NCBI GenBank assembly: GCA_044342325.1
Contig: JBIIPZ010000011.1
Span: 1-64,000 of the forward strand
From: Terrimicrobiaceae bacterium
GTDB lineage: Bacteria; Verrucomicrobiota; Verrucomicrobiia; Chthoniobacterales; Terrimicrobiaceae
Direction of reading: 5' to 3'
Length of the DNA: 64,000 nt
A program made the translations under genes and the position numbers. This document shows, one piece after another, positions 46,625-56,410 of the stretch (positions within the stretch are counted from its first letter, which is position 1; each line of letters starts with the position of its first letter). The notes below the pieces were generated by a model. It saw only the letters and a program-made list of their open reading frames with translations. It did not search any database and was not told the origin of the DNA.

Positions 46625-47491
46625 ATGGCCAACCTTCGCGACATCCGCCGACGCATCAAGTCGGTCAAAAACACCGCGCAGATCACCAAGGCCATGCAGA
46701 TGGTCGCGGCATCCAAGATGCGCAAAGCTCAGCAAGCCGCGCTCAGTGGCCGCGACTACGCCCAACTCCTCAACCGAGTCATCGTATCAGTCCGCGACGC
46801 TGTAGAGCATTCCCTGCACCCGCTCCTTCAAAAAAGAGATGGCAACAAGGAACTTGTCATTCTCATGACCACGGACAAAGGCCTCTGCGGAGCCCTGAAT
46901 ACAAACGTTCTCCGTGAAGCCATGGCATTTGATCCCGCTGTGACACAGTTCGTGAGCATTGGTCGAAAAGGCACGCAATTCCTCGCCCGCACCAAGCGCA
47001 ACATGGTCGCCGACTTTCCCCTCGCCGAGCGCCCAACCTTCGCCCAATGCAAACAAATCTCGAAATTCTGCATCGAGAAGTTTCTCGACGGCACGGTGGA
47101 CAAAGTGACGATTCTTTACCCGCGCTTCGTCAATACCCTCTCGCAGGTTCCGACGGCGCTGCCCATTCTGCCGATCACCAGCCTCGATGAAGCGGGCCTG
47201 AAGAGCACCTACGAACCCCTTCCGGCAATCGAGGGCGGCATGACATTCGAGCCAGACGCCACGTCGGTCCTCAATGCCATCCTGCCAGCTTACATTCACT
47301 TCATCGTTTACCAAACGCAACTCGGCACCCGCGCCTCAGAGCAGAGCGCCCGCATGGTCGCCATGAAAAGCGCCACCGACAACGCCAAGAGCCTCGTCAA
47401 GGATCTCACCCTCGAATACAACAAAGCCCGTCAGGCCAGTATCACGAACGAGATTCTCGAAATCGCCACGGCCCAGTTGGCTCTCGGGTAA
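46625..47491 (+). CDS. atpG: F0F1 ATP synthase subunit gamma
   Basis: ITKAMQMVAASK, DKGLCG, SARMVAMKSATDNA, RQASITNEI. Confidence 0.98.
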   Translation: MANLRDIRRRIKSVKNTAQITKAMQMVAASKMRKAQQAALSGRDYAQLLNRVIVSVRDAVEHSLHPLLQKRDGNKELVILMTTDKGLCGALNTNVLREAMAFDPAVTQFVSIGRKGTQFLARTKRNMVADFPLAERPTFAQCKQISKFCIEKFLDGTVDKVTILYPRFVNTLSQVPTALPILPITSLDEAGLKSTYEPLPAIEGGMTFEPDATSVLNAILPAYIHFIVYQTQLGTRASEQSARMVAMKSATDNAKSLVKDLTLEYNKARQASITNEILEIATAQLALG

Positions 47492-47504
47492 AAATCCATC
47501 AAAC

Positions 47505-47548
47505 AGAGGCTGCCCGTTCTCTTACAGGAATCGGCAGCCTCTTTTTTT
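47505..47548 (+). terminator. Intrinsic terminator after atpG
   Basis: AGAGGCTGCC...GGCAGCCTCT followed by a T run. Confidence 0.85.
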
Positions 47549-47610
47549 ACACCGCTCCGGTAGTGGCATTGCAGTTCAGCGACCCACAGGGACAGGACGT
47601 TTGCGCCCTC

Positions 47611-49749
47611 TTATCCGAGTCGTTTTTCCAGTGCCGTATAGCGTCTCACAGCGCTCACATTACGAACGGCAGTTTGCAGGGCTTTTTTTTGACCTACGAG
47701 CACGACGAGACGGCGACCGCGAGTGATTCCCGTGTAAACTAGGTTGCGCTGAAGCAGGAGGTATTGCTGCATCGCAAGCGGCATGACGACGACGGGAAAC
47801 TCCGAGCCCTGGCTTTTGTGGATCGTGATGGCGTAGGCCAGCGAGACTTCATCGAGTTCATTGAAGTCGTAAACGACCTCGCGGCCATCGAAGGTGATAA
47901 GGACTTCGCGCTCGAAGTCGTCAATCTTCAGGATTTCACCGATGTCCCCATTGAACACCTCCTTGTCGTAGTTATTCCGCGTTTGAATGACCTTGTCGCG
48001 AACTCGGAATTCCCAGCCGAATTTCTCCACCGAAGGATCGCCAATCCGCTTGGGGTTGAGACGTTCCTGCAGTGTGCGGTTCATCTGGGCGGTGCCGAGT
48101 GAACCTCTATTCATCGGGCAGAGCACCTGGATGTCGCGGCGAGGGTCGAGCTTCCATTTTTTCGGAATACGCTCAGCGACGAGTTCGAGAATGGTTGCAG
48201 GAACGGACTCTGGTTCTTCGCGCTCGATGAAGAAAAAGTCGGAGTCTTTTTCCGATTCCGGCATGGCCCCGCTATTGATGCGGTGGGCATTGACGATGAT
48301 GCGACTGCTCGAAGCCTGACGGAAAATTTCCGTGAGCCGCACAACTGGCACAGCGCCGCTGCGGATAATGTCGCCCAAGACAGCGCCGGGGCCGACACTC
48401 GGCAATTGATCCACATCGCCCACCAAAACCAAATGCGCGCGGGCCGGCAGGGCTTGGAGGAGCTTGGACATCAACTGCACATCCATCATGGATGTTTCGT
48501 CCGCCACCAAGAGATCGCAATCGAGCGGGTTCGAGGCATTCCTGGAAAAACCGGAATTCTGGTATTCGAGAAGGCGGTGGATGGTTTTGGCCTCGAGACC
48601 AGTGCTTTCGGAGAGGCGCTTCGCCGCGCGGCCCGTTGGGGCGCAGAGGAGGCACTTGACCTGTTTGGCACGAAGCAGAGTGAGGATGGAATTCACCAAA
48701 GTCGTTTTGCCGACGCCCGGGCCGCCTGTGATCACCAAGACGCGCGAGCAAAGAGCCCGGCGCAGAGCCTCGGCTTGGCTGGGAGCCAGATCGATGGATT
48801 TTTTCTCCTTCAACCAAGCGATGGCCTTGTCGGCATCGATCTCGGGATATTCCGCATTGCCGCGCGCCAATCGGGCGAGGCGGGATGCGACCTCGACTTC
48901 GGCACGCCGGATCGGCGGGAGAAAAATCAAATCCTCACCGGTTATGCCATCTTCCTCCAATTCGCCCTCGGCAAGCATCTCCGACAAGGCGCGCTGTAAA
49001 ATGAGGGGATCCATCGCCAAGAGGTCTGACGCATTTTTGAGGAGAACATCCTTTGGCAGCGCACAGTGGCCGTTACCCCCGGCCTCCGAGAGCGTGTGGG
49101 ACAGGCCCGCTCGGGCCCGCAGGATCGAGTCTTCGGGAATGCCGAGCTTGCGGGCGATGTCATCGGCGGTCTTGAAGCCGATGCCGGAAATATCACGCGC
49201 AAGGAGATAGGGATTGGCGCGCACTTTCTCTACCGCCTCGTCGCCGTAGGTCTTGTAAATCCTCACAGCGCGGCTGGTGCTGACGCCATTTGAGTGGAGG
49301 AAAACCATGATCTCCCGCACGATTTTTTGTTCGGCCCAAGCTGTGCGGATCGTGCGCCGTCTCTCAGCACCGATTCCCCTCACCTGCTCCAACCGCACGG
49401 ATTCGCGGTCGATGATGTCGAACACACCCTCGCCGAATTTCTCGACTAGCTTCTTGGCATAGACGGGCCCGATGCCTTTGATGAGACCACTTGCGAGGTA
49501 TTTTTCGATTCCCTCCCGCGAGGTAGGCGCGCTCGTTTGGAGAAGGTCTGCCTTGAGCTGCGTGCCATGGTCGCGATCCTGAATCCAAGCCCCCTCGGCG
49601 GTGAGCCATTCCCCCGCATTGATGCTCGAGGCGCGGCCGACGACAGTGACCAGGTCGCGGTGTCCATCGACTTTCACCCTCACAACGCAAAATCCCGTTT
49701 CCTCGTTGTGAAAAGTGACCCGCTCGATCAATCCGGTCACGCTGCTCAT
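47611..49749 (-). CDS. recD2: ATP-dependent RecD2-like DNA helicase
   Basis: IKGIGP HhH, GIGFKTAD, TGGPGVGKT, DETSM, LVGDVDQLPSVG, AITIHKSQGSEF, YTGITR. Confidence 0.92.
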   Translation of the reverse strand: MSSVTGLIERVTFHNEETGFCVVRVKVDGHRDLVTVVGRASSINAGEWLTAEGAWIQDRDHGTQLKADLLQTSAPTSREGIEKYLASGLIKGIGPVYAKKLVEKFGEGVFDIIDRESVRLEQVRGIGAERRRTIRTAWAEQKIVREIMVFLHSNGVSTSRAVRIYKTYGDEAVEKVRANPYLLARDISGIGFKTADDIARKLGIPEDSILRARAGLSHTLSEAGGNGHCALPKDVLLKNASDLLAMDPLILQRALSEMLAEGELEEDGITGEDLIFLPPIRRAEVEVASRLARLARGNAEYPEIDADKAIAWLKEKKSIDLAPSQAEALRRALCSRVLVITGGPGVGKTTLVNSILTLLRAKQVKCLLCAPTGRAAKRLSESTGLEAKTIHRLLEYQNSGFSRNASNPLDCDLLVADETSMMDVQLMSKLLQALPARAHLVLVGDVDQLPSVGPGAVLGDIIRSGAVPVVRLTEIFRQASSSRIIVNAHRINSGAMPESEKDSDFFFIEREEPESVPATILELVAERIPKKWKLDPRRDIQVLCPMNRGSLGTAQMNRTLQERLNPKRIGDPSVEKFGWEFRVRDKVIQTRNNYDKEVFNGDIGEILKIDDFEREVLITFDGREVVYDFNELDEVSLAYAITIHKSQGSEFPVVVMPLAMQQYLLLQRNLVYTGITRGRRLVVLVGQKKALQTAVRNVSAVRRYTALEKRLG

Positions 49750-50312
49750 GGGGCGCGGCGTTTTTTGAGATACCCGCGCCAGATGTAGAGCAGGACACCA
49801 AGCGGCATGAGAGCCACCACCGGCCACCATGTGAGCATGGGTGGAAGGGCGCGATCGACTGCAAGCTCGAAGGACACAATATCCGTCTTGCCCCCGCGTG
49901 AAATGGAGACGCCCAATTCCCAGAGGCCCGGTTCGGGAATTCCAAGCATCGCGGAATACAGAAGCCCATTGCCGGCATGCCCCTTACTCGCAGGAACAGC
50001 CTGCCCAGGCGTCACGCAACCGGCTCCCTTCCACGCCAATTCGGGAGTGGGACGACTGAGCTTGTTGAGGCGGAAACTGACGATGGCATCAAGGACAGGC
50101 CCGCTCTTTTCCGCCTGCTCGAGGAACAGGCTCAAATCCACCAGCCCAGCACGCAGCGGCGAGGGATTCCCAAACAGAACCACGCGATAGACGCCCGCCT
50201 GCTTTTCAGCAAGCACACGCCCGCCATCAGCATGCATGACGCCTGCACAGAGGAGCCAAATGGCCACACAAAGGAGGCTCTGACGGAGTTTGGTGGCGGA
50301 CGATGAGATCAC
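49746..50312 (-). CDS. Exported hypothetical protein with C-terminal membrane anchor
   Basis: Signal peptide ending MHA-DGG, C-terminal TM plus KKRR; overlaps the recD2 start. Confidence 0.7.
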   Translation of the reverse strand: MISSSATKLRQSLLCVAIWLLCAGVMHADGGRVLAEKQAGVYRVVLFGNPSPLRAGLVDLSLFLEQAEKSGPVLDAIVSFRLNKLSRPTPELAWKGAGCVTPGQAVPASKGHAGNGLLYSAMLGIPEPGLWELGVSISRGGKTDIVSFELAVDRALPPMLTWWPVVALMPLGVLLYIWRGYLKKRRAP

Positions 50313-50422
50313 CTCGCCAGTTTAAGATGCAGGCGCGTCGGTTAAAGCCCCGAAATGCAGGGCTGCATTGAATATTGTGAAAAACTCCACCGGCGGCATA
50401 TTGGCAGCCATTCCATTCTCAC

Positions 50423-52498
50423 ATGCGAGTCGCCCGCTGGTTCATTTACGGATTTCCTATTTTTCTTCTGCTGCTCATCGCTGTGTCGTTCTGGAATTCC
50501 GCGAGCCTGACCTCGGACAAGAAAAACGAGATGTCGCTTGGCGTTCTTGGGGAGCCATCGACACTCAACCCGATCCAGCAAGCCGACGGCGCCGCGTCGC
50601 AAGTGGCGGGATCCATTTTCAACGGCCTCCTGAAATACAACCAGGATCTCGAAATCATCGGAGACCTAGCCGAATCATGGTCACTCGACCAGACCACGAC
50701 TCTGGTTTTCCGAAACGAAGACTCCGCCATTGCGGCGAAAAGCCAGCTCGAGTCGCTCCGTGCGGAGTGGAGCGGCTGGACACTGGATGCCGTGAAACAA
50801 AGCGGGCGCGAGCTCCTTCTGCATTTCACCGAACCCGGCCTGGAATCCTCTGAAAAAATCGTCTCCCTCCTGCCTGCGAATGCCTTGGCACCACTGGCCA
50901 CGCTGCGCGTGGAGGTGAAGGAAAACGCCGCCGACACACTGCAGCGCCTCAGCAAGGCCCTGCCAGACGGATCACTGCTCCGCGTGTGGGTGGAAAGCGG
51001 CGCGGAGTTTGAAATCAGCGCCGACCCGGCGCTCAAGGCGAATATCGAAAAATGGCTCACAGCCAACGAAGGCGGGACGGTTCAAATCGGCGATCCGATT
51101 TCCTTTTTCGCCGAACCTCAGGTGGTCTTCAAACTGCGACAAAATGTCCGCTGGCACGACGGGGCACCGTTCACCTCGCGCGATGCTGCCTTCACCTACC
51201 GGGCGATCATGGACGATGCCACCGCCTCTCCGCGCAAGCCGGACTTTGATTTGATCCTGAAAGTTGAAACGCCGGACGAGCACACCTTCCGCGTGACCTA
51301 CCGCAAGCCCTACTCGCCTGCGCTGGAGAGTTGGATGATCTCACTCCTCCCCGCACATTTACTGGAGGGAAAGCCCACGACCTGGTGGACGCAGAATTTC
51401 AATCGCACACCGGTGGGAACCGGCGCCTTTCGTTTCGCCGAGTGGAAGACGAATGAATTCATTCGCGTGGAACGGAATCCCGATTACTTCGACGCCCCTG
51501 GGCCTTGGCTCGATGGAATCGTCTATCGCTTTATGCCTGACCAACTCACCCTGCGTCTCGCATTTGAGACACGGCAGGTGGATTTCTGGGGCGCGGAGCC
51601 ATGGACGGTTAACGCCTTTGTGAATGACCCGCGCTTCCAAGTCTTCACAAGCCCGACGAGCAGCTACACCTACATCGGCTGGAATCTCAAACGCCCGCTC
51701 TTCCAGGATCCGCTCGTGCGCCGCGCACTCGCGCATGCGGTCGATGTGCCATCCATGGTTCGCTTCATCCTCTATGGCCACGGCCTCCAGAGCACGGGAC
51801 TCTTCACCCCGCAGATGTGGTTTTTTAACCCGGATATCAAACCCTTCGCCTATGACCCGGAGAAGGCCCGTGCGCTCCTCGCCGAGGCGGGATGGAAGCC
51901 GGGGCCGGATGGAATCCTTCAAAAGAATGGCGAGAGGTTTTCCTTCACCCTCATCACGAACAATGGAAATGAAGTCCGCCGCGACATCGCCACACTCACG
52001 CAGGATGGCCTCAAGCAGCTGGGCATTGAAGTGAAGGTGGAACTCTACGAGTGGGCTGTGTTTTTAAAAAACCACATCAACAAAGGCGACTTTGACGCCA
52101 TGGTGCTCGGATGGTCGCTCGGCAATGGCTACGACCAATTCCAGATCTGGCATTCCTCACAGGCAAATCCCGAGCAGCTCAATGTCGTGGGCTACAAAAG
52201 CGAAAAGGCCGACCGCCTCCTCGATGACATCCGGCAGGAATACAACCGCGAGAAAATCATCCGCATGGCGGGCGACCTGCAGCGGACCATCTATGAGGAC
52301 CAACCCTACCTCTTCCTCTATGTTCCGGAAGGCACCAGCGTGATGTGGAAGGACGCCTACCGCATCCGCCGTCCGGATGGCAAGGGCGGCTGGATCGATT
52401 CCCCTGTCGAAATGACCAAGGCGGGTTGGGCTTACTGGTCCGAGTGGTTCTACAGGCCGGAATTCGCAGATCGCCTTCCCCCTACTCCACAACCTTAA
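50423..52498 (+). CDS. Peptide/nickel ABC transporter substrate-binding protein (SBP family 5)
   Basis: EPSTLNP, GDLAESW, VRWHDGAPFT, PVGTGAF, YTYIGWN, IYEDQPYLFL. Confidence 0.92.
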   Translation: MRVARWFIYGFPIFLLLLIAVSFWNSASLTSDKKNEMSLGVLGEPSTLNPIQQADGAASQVAGSIFNGLLKYNQDLEIIGDLAESWSLDQTTTLVFRNEDSAIAAKSQLESLRAEWSGWTLDAVKQSGRELLLHFTEPGLESSEKIVSLLPANALAPLATLRVEVKENAADTLQRLSKALPDGSLLRVWVESGAEFEISADPALKANIEKWLTANEGGTVQIGDPISFFAEPQVVFKLRQNVRWHDGAPFTSRDAAFTYRAIMDDATASPRKPDFDLILKVETPDEHTFRVTYRKPYSPALESWMISLLPAHLLEGKPTTWWTQNFNRTPVGTGAFRFAEWKTNEFIRVERNPDYFDAPGPWLDGIVYRFMPDQLTLRLAFETRQVDFWGAEPWTVNAFVNDPRFQVFTSPTSSYTYIGWNLKRPLFQDPLVRRALAHAVDVPSMVRFILYGHGLQSTGLFTPQMWFFNPDIKPFAYDPEKARALLAEAGWKPGPDGILQKNGERFSFTLITNNGNEVRRDIATLTQDGLKQLGIEVKVELYEWAVFLKNHINKGDFDAMVLGWSLGNGYDQFQIWHSSQANPEQLNVVGYKSEKADRLLDDIRQEYNREKIIRMAGDLQRTIYEDQPYLFLYVPEGTSVMWKDAYRIRRPDGKGGWIDSPVEMTKAGWAYWSEWFYRPEFADRLPPTPQP

Positions 52499-53603
52499 AA
52501 AGGGTGGTGAAGAAATACAAGTAGGCGAAAACAAGCAGGCCTAGAATCACGGCCAAGGGAAAAAGAAGGGAGATCCAGCGCATTTCTTTTCCCTCGACTT
52601 CGAGGCTGCGCAGTTCACTCGTGCGAGCAGCGGAGGGGTTTGCCAACGCTTCATTGGCCTTGCTCAAGGCAAAGCGCAGGTGCTCGATCAATTCGTCGTA
52701 GGATTGATAACGCTTCGAAGGCATTTTTGACATCATGCGATTGACGACATACGCCGTCTCATTGCACACATCGGGAGCGAAGGCTTGGAGGCTCACCGGG
52801 CGGCTTTTGAGTTGTTTCAGTGCGACGAGGGATGCGTTATCGGCCTCATAGGGTGGACGGCCTGCCATGGCATGAAACAGCGTGCCGCCGAGGCTGTAGA
52901 TATCGCTTCGAAAATCCTCCGGCAGTTCATCAAGCTTCTCCGGCGCGACATAGTAGGGAGTTCCCCATATTTCCGTCGGAGATGTCGCTGTATCACTCGC
53001 GACCACGGCCAATCCAAAGTCCACGATCTTCACCGTGCCACGATCTGCGAAGAGAATATTCGCCGGCTTGATATCGCGGTGGATGAGACCGATTTCCATC
53101 GCCGCCTTGAGGCCCTGCGCGACCTGGATTCCAGCCTCAAGCGCGATGATTTCGGGAACCACGCCCCGCTCCTGCATGAGATCGTCGAGAGAACCACCAC
53201 CAATCAACTCCATGGCGATGTAAAATTGGGAGCGACATTCCCCGAAATCAATAATCCGAACGACATTGGGATGGTTGATTTGAGCGGTCGTGCGGGCCTC
53301 ATCGGCCAATTTTTTCGACTCTTCCTGAATGCCAGTAGCCTGCATTTTCAGAACCTTCAAAGCGACCTCGCGTCCGAGAGAGACATCAATCGCACGATAA
53401 GCTGAGCCCATCCCGCCCTCTCCAAGGAGGGAGGTGATCTGAAATTGGTTGAAAATCGTGCATGCCTTGAAGAAATGTCCGCAAGTTGGACAGTTGGCGT
53501 CGGAAAAAGCAGGCCAACCCGTCATATCGAGAGGGGCCTGACAATGAGGGCAAGTCTCGATGCAAGAGGGAGAGATTTCGACGATTTGTTCTGTGCTATT
53601 CAT
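52482..53603 (-). CDS. Hanks-type Ser/Thr protein kinase with N-terminal Zn ribbon and C-terminal TM
   Basis: CPHC..CPTC, LGEGGMG, VALK, HRDIKPANI, DFG, GTPYYVAPE. Confidence 0.93.
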   Translation of the reverse strand: MNSTEQIVEISPSCIETCPHCQAPLDMTGWPAFSDANCPTCGHFFKACTIFNQFQITSLLGEGGMGSAYRAIDVSLGREVALKVLKMQATGIQEESKKLADEARTTAQINHPNVVRIIDFGECRSQFYIAMELIGGGSLDDLMQERGVVPEIIALEAGIQVAQGLKAAMEIGLIHRDIKPANILFADRGTVKIVDFGLAVVASDTATSPTEIWGTPYYVAPEKLDELPEDFRSDIYSLGGTLFHAMAGRPPYEADNASLVALKQLKSRPVSLQAFAPDVCNETAYVVNRMMSKMPSKRYQSYDELIEHLRFALSKANEALANPSAARTSELRSLEVEGKEMRWISLLFPLAVILGLLVFAYLYFFTTLFKVVE

Positions 53604-53736
53604 GGGAACGAGCAGGAGGCTGAACTTGTAGAAAAATAGCGCTTATTTCAAGCCACGCGCAAACTGAAACTCAAAGCAGTGCGAGGCGAAATCAGAGTTG
53701 CCGCACCTCGCGCCGAGGATTTAGCTTCTCACACCT

Positions 53737-54468
53737 ATGGGAAGACAATGGCTCCACGCCAAGCGAGAAGTCGCAAATCTGAAAAAAGGCCAAGTCGTTG
53801 GCAAACTGGTGAAAGAAATGATGGTCGCCGCGAAACTCGGCGGTCCTGACATCGAGGGCAATGCCCGCCTTTATGCCGCCGTCGAAAAGGCCCGCAAAGC
53901 CTCTGTGACGCGCGATGCCATCGAACGCGCCATCAAGAAAGGCGCTGGAATTGGCGATGAGAAGCTCACCTTGGAGCACCTCGTCTTCGAGGGTTATGCC
54001 CCGCACAAAGTGCCGGTAATCGTGGAGGCTCTCACAGACAATGTGAACCGCACGGCTCCCGAAATGCGCGTGCTTTTCAAAAAAGGACAACTCGGCACGG
54101 CAGGCAGCAACAAATTTCTCTTCGATAATGTCGGCATCGTGGAAGCCCACCATGCGGATTTGTCGATCGACCCCGAGGAGGCTGCCATCGAAGCCGGAGC
54201 GAATGATTTTGTCGCGTTGGAGGAAGGCGAGAATGACGACATTCCCACTGGCACCAAAGGCGTGAAATTTTTGACCGAACGCACAGCCACAGGCGCCGTC
54301 TCGAAATGGCTCGCCGAGCACGGATGGTCGGTTGTCACCAGTGAACTCGGCTACATTGCCAAGCAGTTCCCCACCCTCAGCGATGAACAACGCAACGAAG
54401 TCGGCGAGTTTTTACAGGCCCTCGAAGACAATGATGATGTCCACCGTGTCTGGGCGGCTTTGAAGTAA
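53737..54468 (+). CDS. yebC: YebC/PmpR family protein
   Basis: GGPDIEGNARL, IERAIKKG, FEGYAP, TDNVNRT, LEDNDDVHRVW. Confidence 0.92.
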   Translation: MGRQWLHAKREVANLKKGQVVGKLVKEMMVAAKLGGPDIEGNARLYAAVEKARKASVTRDAIERAIKKGAGIGDEKLTLEHLVFEGYAPHKVPVIVEALTDNVNRTAPEMRVLFKKGQLGTAGSNKFLFDNVGIVEAHHADLSIDPEEAAIEAGANDFVALEEGENDDIPTGTKGVKFLTERTATGAVSKWLAEHGWSVVTSELGYIAKQFPTLSDEQRNEVGEFLQALEDNDDVHRVWAALK

Positions 54469-54474
54469 TCCACG

Positions 54475-55791
54475 ATGGAAGCCACTGCCACGCGCCTGGT
54501 CGAGCGCTTGAGAGCGGCCGGGCACGAGGCGTTCTTCGCCGGTGGCTGCGTTCGCGACATGCTTCTCGGCAAGGAAGCTCACGACATCGACATCGCCACC
54601 AGTGCCAAGCCCGAGGAGGTGCAACGCCTCTTCCCCCGCACAGTGGCGGTGGGGGCCGCATTCGGCGTGATTGTCGTGCTTGAGGACGACTTCGAATTTC
54701 AAGTAGCCACCTTCCGCTCGGACGGCGCTTACAAGGACGGCCGACACCCAGAGTCGGTTTCCTTCACAACAGCCGAAGGCGATGCCAAGCGGCGCGACTT
54801 CACAGTCAACGGCCTTTTCTACGATCCCATAGAAAAAAGGATCATCGACCATGTTGGTGGCGAAGCAGATTTGAAGGCAGGCATCCTCCGCAGCATCGGG
54901 AACGCGGAGGAGCGTTTTTCCGAAGACAAACTGCGCCTCATCCGCTGCGTTCGCTTCGGCGCATCCCTCGGTTTCCAGATCGAAGAGGAAACTTGGAAGG
55001 CCGTCTGCCACATGGCGCCACAAATCACCGTCGTCAGCGCGGAACGCCTTCGCGACGAACTGGTGAAAATTTTCACCCATCCCTCGCGCGTCAGGGGATT
55101 TGATTTGCTCGACGCCTGCGGCCTGCTGGAAATTTTGCTGCCCGAGGTGACGCGCATGAAAGGCTGCGAACAACCGCCGGACTTTCACCCCGAAGGGGAT
55201 GTATTCGTCCACACCCGCCTCATGCTATCGCTCCTGCCGCCCGAGGTGTCCGTTCCTCTTGTCTTCTCCGTCCTTCTCCACGACACAGGAAAACCCGGCA
55301 CATTCCGGCGCGATGAGACCGGGCGAATTCGCTTCAATGGACATGAGAGCGTGAGCGCGGAGATCACCACGGCCATCTTCGAGCGGCTCCGGTTTTCAAA
55401 TGCCGAGACAGATGCGACGGTCGTCGGCGTGAAAAACCACATGTCCTTCAAGGATGTGAAAAACATGCGCGTGGCAACCCTCAAGCGATTTCTGGCGCGT
55501 CCTACCATCGAGGACGAAATGGAGCTTCACCGCGTGGACTGCCTGGGCTCTCACGGTCTGCTCGACAACCATGAGTTCCTGCGCACCAAGCAGGTGGAGT
55601 TTTCCAACGCACCGCTCATTCCGCCACCGCTCATCACCGGCCGGAACCTTATTGCCAGCGGATACAAGCCCAGCCCTCTCTTTAAAAAAATCCTCGATGC
55701 CATAGAGGCCATGCAACTCGAGGGGACGATAACTACACCCGAGGAGGCTCTGGCGTGGGTGAAGGCTCAGAGCGAATTCCAAGCCTCATAA
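54475..55791 (+). CDS. cca: tRNA nucleotidyltransferase (CCA-adding family) with HD domain
   Basis: GGCVRD, DIDIAT, DAKRRDFTVN, EDKLRLIR, HPEGDVFVH, LLHDTGK. Confidence 0.88.
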   Translation: MEATATRLVERLRAAGHEAFFAGGCVRDMLLGKEAHDIDIATSAKPEEVQRLFPRTVAVGAAFGVIVVLEDDFEFQVATFRSDGAYKDGRHPESVSFTTAEGDAKRRDFTVNGLFYDPIEKRIIDHVGGEADLKAGILRSIGNAEERFSEDKLRLIRCVRFGASLGFQIEEETWKAVCHMAPQITVVSAERLRDELVKIFTHPSRVRGFDLLDACGLLEILLPEVTRMKGCEQPPDFHPEGDVFVHTRLMLSLLPPEVSVPLVFSVLLHDTGKPGTFRRDETGRIRFNGHESVSAEITTAIFERLRFSNAETDATVVGVKNHMSFKDVKNMRVATLKRFLARPTIEDEMELHRVDCLGSHGLLDNHEFLRTKQVEFSNAPLIPPPLITGRNLIASGYKPSPLFKKILDAIEAMQLEGTITTPEEALAWVKAQSEFQAS

Positions 55792-56410
55792 ACCGCACGA
55801 CAAACCATGCGGTCAGGAAAGCCAAAGTGATGGAGACCGCCACATCCGAGGGATGGTGAGCTCCGATGGCAATGCTCGACCAAGCCACGCCAACTGCACC
55901 GATGAGGGCCAGCAAACCCCAAGCGGGGGCTGCAAAAACAACCGCTGCGGCGAATCCAAACGCCGTGGCCGTGTGACCAGAGGGAAAGGAGTTGTAGGCC
56001 GGCACGCCGACAAGAATCCTCCCATTGTGGTATGGGCCATAGAAACCATGCTCTATCTTCGGAATCTCACGAGGACGCGGACGGCCTGTGGTGAGCCGCG
56101 AGGCATTTGCAATGATCCCGGCTAGAGTCGAAGCAATCATGGCCGCTAAAATAATGCGGCTCCAACGCCGGTTCCCACGCGCTTTGAAGATGAGAAAGCC
56201 GATGGCCGCCGCGACCATGATTGGTGGCCAGTCACCCCAGACTCGAATCTTGCCGTAAATTTTTGCCTCCGTGGTTTTTTGCCATTTTGGCCCCTGCGCC
56301 GCGACCAGATCTTGCCGGATCGGAAGATCCCACTTGAAGGCCAGGACGGAAAAAAAACCTCCCACCAAAAGGATGATCAAGGGAGTTCGATAGACCCGGA
56401 GAAAATTCAT
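55733..56410 (-). CDS. PAP2 family phosphatase
   Basis: GRPRP, SFPSGH, GAHHPSDV. Confidence 0.88.
   Translation of the reverse strand: MNFLRVYRTPLIILLVGGFFSVLAFKWDLPIRQDLVAAQGPKWQKTTEAKIYGKIRVWGDWPPIMVAAAIGFLIFKARGNRRWSRIILAAMIASTLAGIIANASRLTTGRPRPREIPKIEHGFYGPYHNGRILVGVPAYNSFPSGHTATAFGFAAAVVFAAPAWGLLALIGAVGVAWSSIAIGAHHPSDVAVSITLAFLTAWFVVRFMRLGIRSEPSPTPEPPRV

Noticed and set aside
55733..55791. 59-bp convergent overlap of cca and the PAP2 gene
   Set aside because: Tail-to-tail overlaps are common in compact genomes; no further signal
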